From Candidatus Nanohaloarchaea archaeon (GTDB taxonomy: Archaea; Nanohalarchaeota; Nanosalinia; Nanosalinales; Nanosalinaceae): a DNA stretch of 14,527 nucleotides. Position 1 is the first letter of the stretch; every line of letters begins with the position of its first letter. The stretch covers positions 1-14,527 of the forward strand of contig JBLGBN010000020.1 in the NCBI GenBank assembly GCA_047617745.1, written 5' to 3'. Shown here in pieces: positions 7,537 through 14,527 of the stretch. The position numbers and the translations under genes were made by a program. The notes beneath the pieces were generated by a model. That model ran no database searches and had not been told where the DNA came from. It was given only the letters and a program-made list of their open reading frames with translations.

Positions 7537-8111
7537 AACGGAAGGGATTTGTTTACACCCTCGAGGCCGTAATTGCCTCAACAATTATACTTAGCATGAT
7601 ACTTTTCGTGATACCCGAGATATCCCCTGATCCTGAAATAGAGCTAGCGCCGCTACAATCCGGAATTGAAACTCTTGATGACCAGGGTAAATTAAACTCA
7701 TCAACGAGTAATTTAACAGAATCAGTCAGACCTTACAAACCAGGAAATTACAACTTAACAACCCAAACAACGACCCTGGGAGCTCGATATGAAACCGTTA
7801 GCGGCGATCAGAGCTTTCAGGTCTCATCCGGCTCTAAAGATCTGCTTCTCTGGATCGACAACGCTGATGACCTCGAAGTTACTTTTGGAGGAGTAAACGT
7901 GTTAGAAACGGATGAATCAGGTTACAGAGAGGTATCGCTTGGAAGTGAGCCAGGTTACCTCAACTTCACAGGGAACTCGATCGATCTAGATTTACAGATC
8001 AGCAACTACAGTTCAGAGGGTGAAATACCGGAAGCAAATACTGTCAGATCAGTTAATTACATTGATATGGGTAAGAAACTTAGAGAGATACAGGTGATAA
8101 TGTGGCGCTGA
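7527..8111 (+). CDS. Class III signal-peptide (type IV pilin-like) protein
   Basis: MAIKRKG|FVYTLEAVIASTIILSMILFV; SD GAGGTG 5 nt upstream; ends QVIMWR; 10-nt overlaps with both neighbours. Confidence 0.75.
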   Translation: MAIKRKGFVYTLEAVIASTIILSMILFVIPEISPDPEIELAPLQSGIETLDDQGKLNSSTSNLTESVRPYKPGNYNLTTQTTTLGARYETVSGDQSFQVSSGSKDLLLWIDNADDLEVTFGGVNVLETDESGYREVSLGSEPGYLNFTGNSIDLDLQISNYSSEGEIPEANTVRSVNYIDMGKKLREIQVIMWR

Positions 8112-8650
8112 GGAAAGGGCAAGTTTTTATTGTAGCCGCAGTAGTCCTCAGCTCGATAATTATACTTGCCTCATTTAGCTTCCAGCAAGTCGTCTTTACC
8201 GACAGTGAGGACAGCAGTATTCAGTTCTACTACCAGAACGCGCTCGAAAGACAGGCCGAAGTATTCAACTCGGAAATATCTGATAATTACACCGAGGAAA
8301 ACCTTAGAAAGGGTTTTTACAGCTTCAACAGTTTTGTGGATAGACAGTCAGAAAGCAAAAGCATAGACTACAGTGCGTTCCAGATACTGATTTTACCTGA
8401 GAAAAACGAGACTGTGATAATAAATTATCGGGACAAATCTACAGATTTCAGCTACTACAATGGTTTATGGACAAATAGCTCGCTGGATCCCTACCAGTAT
8501 CAGAAAGTGGACGGAGTAATAGACGCACAAAGAGCAGTTGTAGAGGACATAGGGATAGATAGAGAAATAAACGGTTTCAAACCGCGACTGCTGGCGCATA
8601 TGGAAATGAAATCTGAATCCGAGACATGGAGAAACACCATCCTCCGTTAA
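8102..8650 (+). CDS. Class III signal-peptide (type IV pilin-like) protein
   Basis: GTG start with GGTGA upstream; MALRKG|QVFIVAAVVLSSIIILASF. Confidence 0.75.
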   Translation: MALRKGQVFIVAAVVLSSIIILASFSFQQVVFTDSEDSSIQFYYQNALERQAEVFNSEISDNYTEENLRKGFYSFNSFVDRQSESKSIDYSAFQILILPEKNETVIINYRDKSTDFSYYNGLWTNSSLDPYQYQKVDGVIDAQRAVVEDIGIDREINGFKPRLLAHMEMKSESETWRNTILR

Positions 8651-8658
8651 TATTTAAG
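8651..8658 (+). promoter_or_regulatory. Putative TATA box for leaderless transcript of the fourth pilin-like gene
   Basis: TATTTAAG ending 22 nt before ATG 8681; no SD present. Confidence 0.5.
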
Positions 8659-8680
8659 CCGGAGCTGAGAAATAACCAGT

Positions 8681-9400
8681 ATGTCGAAAGGAGTCTCCGA
8701 AGTAGCAACCTCAGCAATCTATGTAGGCGTCACAGTTTCTGCCATATCTGTAGCAATAACTGCCGGAGTTCCCGCACTCGAAAATATGCAGGAGGCGGCG
8801 TCCGTTAGACAGGCGCAGCAGTTTATGCAACAGCTGGATCAGAATGTTCAGACTGTGGTTTCAGAAGGCGAAGGTTCAGCCAGAACTATAAGTGGAAGCT
8901 TTGAACGCGGCAGAATGTATTTCGACGACGAAACTGAAACCCTGATATACGAGCTGGATACTAACGCCGACGTTATATCTCCTCAAACCACGACGCGTGA
9001 AGGAAATGTGATACTCAGTTCATCTGCAAATGTTCAAGTCAATGAAACCACTATAGACGGAACTCCTTGCTACCTGATGGAGAATGACCATATACGGGCA
9101 TGCATAAAGAATATTGGAAGTTCGACCAGCTTCGAGAATATAACAACCTCCGAACTTCTGACGCTCTATGAATTCAAAGATAATGATAGAGAGCTTGACG
9201 CCAACTTATCAGTAGAGTTAAACAGCGAGAACACCACAAGTTACGGCACCGGCTATACAACAGCTGAAACAGGTGAATTTATCGGGACAGGTGAGGTAAA
9301 GGCAACTATAGCCAGCGAATACGGCTTCACCTACGATGTTTTCTTCCGGCTTCCAACAGGCGCAGATTTCCTCCAGGTCGATGTCCAGAACTACAGATAG
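8681..9400 (+). CDS. Class III signal-peptide (type IV pilin-like) protein
   Basis: MSKG|VSEVATSAIYVGVTVSAISVAITAGVPALENMQ followed by a long helix (AQQFMQQLDQNVQTVVSEGEGSAR), typical of archaeal pilin-like N-termini; one Cys pair (PCYLMENDHIRAC). Confidence 0.8.
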   Translation: MSKGVSEVATSAIYVGVTVSAISVAITAGVPALENMQEAASVRQAQQFMQQLDQNVQTVVSEGEGSARTISGSFERGRMYFDDETETLIYELDTNADVISPQTTTREGNVILSSSANVQVNETTIDGTPCYLMENDHIRACIKNIGSSTSFENITTSELLTLYEFKDNDRELDANLSVELNSENTTSYGTGYTTAETGEFIGTGEVKATIASEYGFTYDVFFRLPTGADFLQVDVQNYR

Positions 9401-9438
9401 CCAGAGCTGGCTGCAAAAAATCCCGGCTTCCGATTGAT

Positions 9439-9445
9439 TATTAAG
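9439..9445 (+). promoter_or_regulatory. Putative TATA box of gatD
   Basis: TATTAAG ending 24 nt before ATG 9470; supports 9470 over the TTG at 9434 as the start. Confidence 0.5.
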
Positions 9446-9469
9446 CTTTCACGCCGACCGTTTTTCTGT

Positions 9470-10771
9470 ATGTATTCTGACCAGATCCGGCAAACTCTCG
9501 AGGAAGAAAAAATAGAAGTTGGTGACAGAGTCAAAGTTAACGGCAGAGAAGGAAAGCTGATGCCGAAACCGGAAAACGGCGATCCTGAAACTGTTATTCT
9601 GAAGCTTGACAGCGGATACAATATCGGTCTGGAAACAGAGGAAATTAAACTAATTGAAAAAGCCGAAAAAGGTGGTGAAGGCCAGACTTCGGTCGAACAC
9701 TCTGAAGACAAACCGGATATACTGGTCCTACATACAGGCGGAACAATCGCCTCTAGAGTAAGTTACGAAGAAGGAGGTGTCAAACCAGCCTTTGACCCTG
9801 AAGATCTTCTGGAGATGTATCCGGAACTGGGAGAACTCTGTAACCTTCACTCGAAAGTTGTCGCACAGATGCTTTCCGAGGACATGGAACCGGAGCACTG
9901 GCAGGAAATTGCAGAGAAAATAGATGAGGAAAAAGATAATTACGACGGCATCATTGTAGGTCACGGAACTGACACCATGCAGTACACCGGTGCAGCACTC
10001 TCACTAATGCTGCAGAATATCGATCAAGGAGTTATTTTAGTCGGTTCGCAGAGGTCCTCGGACCGACCGAGCAGCGATGCAGCGATGAATCTTTACTCAG
10101 CTGTAAAGTTCCTTGAAGAAACAGACTTTAGAGGTATCGGTACATGTATGCATTCCACAGTAAATGACCACGAATGTTCTATCATGCCAGCATCCAAGAT
10201 AAGGAAGATGCATACGTCGAGAAGAGATGCATTTGAGACAGTAAATGCAGAAAGAATCGGGAGAGTAGACTACCAGGAAAATGAGGTAGAAAGGGAAAAA
10301 GATACAGATAGATCGGGAGATTACGAGCCGAAGTTCGAATTAGATACTGAAGTGGGCTATATCAAGATAAGGCCGGGAATGGAGCCGGAAGAATTAGATT
10401 GGATAAGGGAAAAGGAGTATAACGGCGTTATAATTGAAGGTACTGGACTTGGACATATGCCGGTAAACTCCTTTGATGATAAGACGCAGCACCACGAAAA
10501 GATACTGGAAAAAGTAAGTGAAATAGCGGAAGACGCAGTAGTGGTAATGGCTTCACAGTGCATAAAAGGTAGAACAAACATGAATGTCTACGACGCCGGG
10601 TTAAAGATTCAGGAAGCAGGAGTAATCGAAGCAAAGGATATGCATCCGGAGCTGGCGTATGTCAAGCTGATGTGGGCTCTGGGTCAAGGGGGTGACCTGG
10701 AGGAGGCAGAAGAGATTTTCCAGAGCAATGTTGCGGGGGAGATACAGGAACGGTCGATCTATAATGAGTGA
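9470..10771 (+). CDS. gatD: Glutamyl-tRNA(Gln) amidotransferase subunit D
   Basis: GatD N-terminal domain (KLDSGYNIG) plus asparaginase-like motifs HTGGTIASR, HGTDTM, GSQRSSDRPSSD, RKMHTSRRDAF, EGTGLGH, DMHPELAYVKLMW. Confidence 0.97.
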   Translation: MYSDQIRQTLEEEKIEVGDRVKVNGREGKLMPKPENGDPETVILKLDSGYNIGLETEEIKLIEKAEKGGEGQTSVEHSEDKPDILVLHTGGTIASRVSYEEGGVKPAFDPEDLLEMYPELGELCNLHSKVVAQMLSEDMEPEHWQEIAEKIDEEKDNYDGIIVGHGTDTMQYTGAALSLMLQNIDQGVILVGSQRSSDRPSSDAAMNLYSAVKFLEETDFRGIGTCMHSTVNDHECSIMPASKIRKMHTSRRDAFETVNAERIGRVDYQENEVEREKDTDRSGDYEPKFELDTEVGYIKIRPGMEPEELDWIREKEYNGVIIEGTGLGHMPVNSFDDKTQHHEKILEKVSEIAEDAVVVMASQCIKGRTNMNVYDAGLKIQEAGVIEAKDMHPELAYVKLMWALGQGGDLEEAEEIFQSNVAGEIQERSIYNE

Positions 10772-11048
10772 ACAGAACCTAGACGAATTCGACAGAAAAG
10801 CAAAGAAATTCCTCGAAACCGGGAACAAACAGAGACTGAGAAACATTCTCAGAGAGTTCGCCTTATGCGAGGGCTACGACAACGACATGGAGCTTGACAA
10901 CCCGGAGAGAATAATCAACCTTGCAGGAGTAAACGTAGACGATATCGATGACTTCACAGAGTACCAGGTAGCGAAGAATATGGTAAGAGAGCAGATAAAG
11001 CAGGAGAAAAAGAAGAAAGGAGGTGTTTTCCGATTCCTGAGATCATAG
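10764..11048 (+). CDS. Hypothetical protein (94 aa), coupled to gatD
   Basis: ATG at 10764 overlaps the gatD stop (ATGAGTGA); MSEQNLDEFDRKAKKFLETG...; acidic helical composition like its neighbours; no family recognised. Confidence 0.7.
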   Translation: MSEQNLDEFDRKAKKFLETGNKQRLRNILREFALCEGYDNDMELDNPERIINLAGVNVDDIDDFTEYQVAKNMVREQIKQEKKKKGGVFRFLRS

Positions 11049-11569
11049 GGATTACCGGTATGCCGCTTTCAGGCAAAACAGCTGCTGCAAACGCGCTGAA
11101 GGAAAAAGGTTACTCCGTTCTGGACATGGGCGATGTTGTACGTATCGAGATGGAGAAGAGGGATATCGGCCCCAATAACACCGGAAAATTCGTTAACTCG
11201 ATGAGGGATGAACACGGAATGGACGCAATAGCAAAGATATCAGTCCCCTACCTCGAAGAGATGATGGAAGAGGAAGAGAAAATAGTTATAACCGGAATGA
11301 GAAGTCTTGAGGAAAAGGAGAGATTCGAGAACGAGACAGATGAAAGAGTGGAGATGCTAGCTCTCTGGTCTTCTCCCTCAACCCGCAAACAGAGGAGAGA
11401 AAAACGGCAGAGGCCTGAAGACACTGAAGGCCAGGATTTCGAGGAGCGAGATCTACGGGAACTGGGGAACGGGGTCGGCGACCTTATGGCTCTCAGCGAC
11501 CATTTAATTAAAAATGAAGGAGGAATTGAAGAGTTAGAGGAACAGGTGAGCAAAATTGTCAGCCAGTGA
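11033..11569 (+). CDS. P-loop nucleotide kinase, dephospho-CoA-kinase-like (archaeal UPF0200-type); probable ATT start
   Basis: Walker A IIGITGMPLSGKT, MGDVVR, ERDLRELGNGVG, DHLIKNEG. The ATG at 11060 lies inside the P-loop; SD GGAGGTG (11019-11025) precedes an in-frame ATT at 11033. Confidence 0.85.
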   Translation: MPEIIGITGMPLSGKTAAANALKEKGYSVLDMGDVVRIEMEKRDIGPNNTGKFVNSMRDEHGMDAIAKISVPYLEEMMEEEEKIVITGMRSLEEKERFENETDERVEMLALWSSPSTRKQRREKRQRPEDTEGQDFEERDLRELGNGVGDLMALSDHLIKNEGGIEELEEQVSKIVSQ

Positions 11570-11650
11570 ATGCACAACCTCCAGAACAAAATACAGAAAC
11601 AATACCGGCAACCACACGAAAACCGGAAACGAAATAGAACCTAAAGAACA

Positions 11651-13501
11651 ATGATAAACTACGAAAAACTCGGCTTCAAATGTGGGATTGAAATCCACCA
11701 GCAGCTGGCGACTGAAACCAAGTTATTCTGCCAGTGCCCGATCAACATAGGGAACGAAACTGCTGACGCTACAGTTGAAAGATTTCTTAGAGCGGTAAAA
11801 GGCGAGTCAGGCGGGAAAGACGTGGCCGCAGAAGTCGAGGAGATGAAAGATCGAAAGTTTGTATACAACTACTATCAGGACACCAACTGCCTCGTCGAGC
11901 TTGACGAAGAACCACCCCACGAAATGGATGAAGAAGCGCTGGAAACTGCGCTAAAATTTACCCGAATGGTTAACGCGGAGATACCGGACGAGATCCAGGT
12001 CATGCGGAAAATGGTGATCGACGGGTCCAACACATCAGGATTCCAGAGAACAGCTATGATAGGACTGGACGGAGAACTGGAGACAGAAACAGGAACAGTA
12101 TCAATAGAAGACATCGAACTTGAGGAAGAGTCCGCAGGCATACATGAAAGAACACAGAATAAAGCAGTATACGACCTTGACCGGCTGGGAGTCCCACTTG
12201 TGGAAGTTGGAACCGACGCATCAATCAAGAACCCCGAACACGCAAGAGAAGTTGCACAGAAAATCGGTATGCTTCTCAGATCAACAGGGAAAGCACGAAG
12301 AGGACTCGGCACCATCAGACAGGACGTAAATGTTTCAATTGAAGACGGGGCAAGAGTCGAGATCAAGGGTTTCCAGGACGTCGGAAATATTGATAAACTG
12401 ATAGAACTCGAAGTAGAGAGACAGAAAAACCTGGTTGAACTCGGCAAGGAACTCGACAGCGAAGCTGAAGTAGCCGGTGATAACGTAACACACATTTTCG
12501 AAGGAACAGATAACGAAATAGTCTCAACAGTTCTGGAAAACAATGGTGCGGTCTACGCCCTGAAAATTCCTGAAATGACCGGGAAGATGAAGCAGAAAAT
12601 CTCCGGAGATCGATATGTTGCGAAGGAACTGGTTGACTACGCCCGTAACCAGGGACCAAGAGGTATAATCCATACAGATGAGGATATTTCTGGATACGGA
12701 CTCCGAGAAGAGTTCGACGAACTGGCGGATATATTTGAGAAAGACGAGGAAGACGTTATAGCTATAATTGCAGCCGAGAAACAGAAGGCAAAAAACGCAG
12801 CAGAGGAGGTCCAGAGAAGAGCTGAAATGCTTTATACGGGAACAGTACCAGAAGAGACGAGAAGCGCAGAACAGGACTTCACGACCAGCTACTCCCGTCC
12901 ACTTCCCGGGGCAGCAAGAATGTACCCGGAAACCGATATACCGCCTATACAGGTTTCAGATGATAGAGTGGATGAGATCGACCAGAACCTCCCGGACACA
13001 CTTGAAGAAAGAGAGGAGAAATACTCTGAAGAGATCGGCGAGGAACTGGCCTCACAGATCGTTCACTCAGAGAAGCTACTGACCTTCGAGAACCTGAAGG
13101 AAAAGTTCGATCCAAAACTTGTAGCAAACACCCTCACAAACATCTACTCACAGCTGGAATCAGAAGGAGTCAAAGTAGAAAAACTGGCGGAAGAACAGCT
13201 TGAACCACTTTTCGAGGCAGTCGAGGAAGAAGTACTGGCCAAGGGAGATATAGAGAAGGTCCTGGAGAAAATGATCCAAATGCCTTCCGAAGAAGCTATC
13301 GAAGAAGTAGCTGAGTCAAAAACCGGTGAGGAAGAAATCAGGGAAGTAGTTCAAGATGTTTTAGACGATAAAGAGGAGATGATTGAAGAGCAGGGAATGA
13401 GAGCCCAGGGCGCTTTGATGGGAGTCGTCATGGGAAGAGTGGAGGCAGACGGAGGAACTGTCTCAAGAATCCTACAGGAAGAACTAGAGGAACGAGTCTA
13501 A
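11651..13501 (+). CDS. gatE: Glutamyl-tRNA(Gln) amidotransferase subunit E
   Basis: CGIEIHQQL, KLFCQCP, CLVELDEEPPH, MRKMVIDGSNTSGFQRT, LDRLGVPLVEV, RRGLGTIRQDVNVSI, RPLPGAARMYPETD; insertion domain and YqeY-like tail. Confidence 0.98.
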   Translation: MINYEKLGFKCGIEIHQQLATETKLFCQCPINIGNETADATVERFLRAVKGESGGKDVAAEVEEMKDRKFVYNYYQDTNCLVELDEEPPHEMDEEALETALKFTRMVNAEIPDEIQVMRKMVIDGSNTSGFQRTAMIGLDGELETETGTVSIEDIELEEESAGIHERTQNKAVYDLDRLGVPLVEVGTDASIKNPEHAREVAQKIGMLLRSTGKARRGLGTIRQDVNVSIEDGARVEIKGFQDVGNIDKLIELEVERQKNLVELGKELDSEAEVAGDNVTHIFEGTDNEIVSTVLENNGAVYALKIPEMTGKMKQKISGDRYVAKELVDYARNQGPRGIIHTDEDISGYGLREEFDELADIFEKDEEDVIAIIAAEKQKAKNAAEEVQRRAEMLYTGTVPEETRSAEQDFTTSYSRPLPGAARMYPETDIPPIQVSDDRVDEIDQNLPDTLEEREEKYSEEIGEELASQIVHSEKLLTFENLKEKFDPKLVANTLTNIYSQLESEGVKVEKLAEEQLEPLFEAVEEEVLAKGDIEKVLEKMIQMPSEEAIEEVAESKTGEEEIREVVQDVLDDKEEMIEEQGMRAQGALMGVVMGRVEADGGTVSRILQEELEERV

Positions 13502-13550
13502 ACCCGCACAGTTACTTTCTGGAGTTTGGAATTTCTCCCTATCTATAATC

Positions 13551-13587
13551 TTTTAATATTTTTACACACATCATCAAAAATAGGTGA
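13551..13587 (+). promoter_or_regulatory. TATA box and Shine-Dalgarno of the thermosome gene
   Basis: TTTTAATA at 13551-13558; GGTGA at 13583-13587, 8 nt before ATG 13596. Confidence 0.6.
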
Positions 13588-13595
13588 CTAAAAAT

Positions 13596-14527
13596 ATGCC
13601 AGGACTTGGAGGACAGCCTGTCTTCATAATGTCGGAAGACGCTGAACGAACAACAGGAGAAGACGCACAGGAAAACAATATTTCTGCATGTAAATCAGTA
13701 TCAAAAGCCGTAAGAACAACACTAGGGCCAAAAGGAATGGACAAAATGATGGTCGATTCCATAGGAGACCTAGTGGTTACAAACGACGGCGTAACAATAC
13801 TAGAAGAAATGGATCTAGACCATCCAGCAGCTAAGATGATGGTCGAAGTCGCGCAGACACAGGAAGAAGAAGTCGGCGACGGCACCACAACAGCAGTCGT
13901 ACTCGCAGGCGAGCTACTAAAGCAGAGCGAGGACCTGCTAGATCAGGAAATCCATCCAACTGTAATCACAAAAGGATACAGGCTCGCGAGAGAGAAATCT
14001 GTCCAGGTTCTGGACGACATCGCTGAAGAAGTAGATCTGTCAGACGACGACGTGCTGGAAAGGGTTGCAATGACCGCTATGACAGGAAAATCCGCAGAAA
14101 CAGCACGAGACTACCTTGCAACAATCGCAGTAGACGCAGTTGAAGGAGTAGCAGAAGAAACAGAAGACGGCTTCGTAATCGATCGGGATATGATCAAGGT
14201 CGAGAAAAACGAAGGAGGATCAATCGAAGACACAGAACTTGTCAAAGGAGTTATCCTAGACAAGGAGAAAGTCCACGGCGGAATGCCGGACACAGTTGAA
14301 GACGCAAATATCGCACTTCTTGACTCCGCGATCGAAGTCAAGGAAACAGAAACCGACGCAGAAATCTCAATTTCTGATCCAAACCAGATGAAGAACTTTG
14401 TAGAACAGGAAGAAGAACAGCTCAAGGAAATGGTAAACGCAATCGACGAAGCAGGAGCAAATGTCGTCCTGTGTCAGAAAGGAATTGATGACATCGCACA
14501 GCACTACCTCGCGAAGAAAGGAATCTA
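13596..14527 (+). CDS. thsA: Thermosome (group II chaperonin) subunit, 3' end runs off the window
   Basis: Not in the ORF track; hand translation [21 protein letters not shown]...[31 protein letters not shown]...HPAAKM...[17 protein letters not shown]...KEKVHGGMP...[15 protein letters not shown]. Alpha versus beta subunit cannot be resolved here. Confidence 0.96.
   Translation, partial: MPGLGGQPVFIMSEDAERTTGEDAQENNISACKSVSKAVRTTLGPKGMDKMMVDSIGDLVVTNDGVTILEEMDLDHPAAKMMVEVAQTQEEEVGDGTTTAVVLAGELLKQSEDLLDQEIHPTVITKGYRLAREKSVQVLDDIAEEVDLSDDDVLERVAMTAMTGKSAETARDYLATIAVDAVEGVAEETEDGFVIDRDMIKVEKNEGGSIEDTELVKGVILDKEKVHGGMPDTVEDANIALLDSAIEVKETETDAEISISDPNQMKNFVEQEEEQLKEMVNAIDEAGANVVLCQKGIDDIAQHYLAKKGI

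Noticed and set aside
6367..9400. Archaellin (flagellin) identity for the class III genes
   Set aside because: They lack the conserved archaellin N-terminus (GIGTLIVFIAMVLVAAxAA) and no arl accessory genes are present.
9399..9412. Small inverted repeat AGCCAG-AG-CTGGCT after the fourth pilin-like gene
   Set aside because: Only 6-bp arms with a 2-nt loop and followed by an A-run on the sense strand; too weak to call a terminator or operator.
9434..9469. TTG start for gatD given by the ORF track
   Set aside because: The extension overlaps the TATA box and is atypical in composition; ATG 9470 fits leaderless spacing.
10692..10763. Longer start for the hypothetical protein after gatD
   Set aside because: Arg-rich off-frame overlap with the gatD C-terminus; ATG 10764 at the stop overlap is more plausible.
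9391..14425. Antisense and off-frame ORFs over gatD, the kinase, gatE and the thermosome gene (for example 11875-12543, 222 aa)
   Set aside because: Poly-Ser shadows of Glu/Asp-rich sense codons; no independent coding evidence.
1..14527. CRISPR array, tRNA/rRNA genes, IS elements
   Set aside because: Intergenic gaps are all under ~100 bp, with no spaced direct repeats, cloverleaf or transposase ORF seen.

Overview
Archaeal chromosomal window. The very acidic (Asp/Glu-rich) proteins, moderate GC, GatDE, group II chaperonin and mostly leaderless TATA promoters point to a halophilic DPANN organism, most plausibly Nanohaloarchaeota (inference, not a database result). Left to right on the minus strand: an MNT-HEPN (MntA/HepT-type) toxin-antitoxin pair, a ~1150-aa fibre/adhesin-like protein (signal peptide, tail-fibre-like repeats, YadA-head-like repeats, C-terminal phage-type intramolecular-chaperone-like domain), a cupredoxin-like protein without copper ligands, and a DsbC/thioredoxin-like protein without CXXC. 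Across a 71-bp divergent promoter region holding an inverted repeat, the plus strand carries a secreted Cys/His-repeat protein and four class III signal-peptide (type IV pilin-like) genes. Housekeeping genes follow: gatD, a 94-aa unknown, a P-loop kinase, gatE and a partial thermosome subunit. The main candidate novel system is the ~8.6 kb surface-attachment locus (789-9400). Two genes appear to need non-AUG/GUG/UUG starts behind Shine-Dalgarno motifs, and the fibre gene is bracketed by an 11-bp inverted repeat. No rRNA, tRNA, CRISPR array or transposase was seen.
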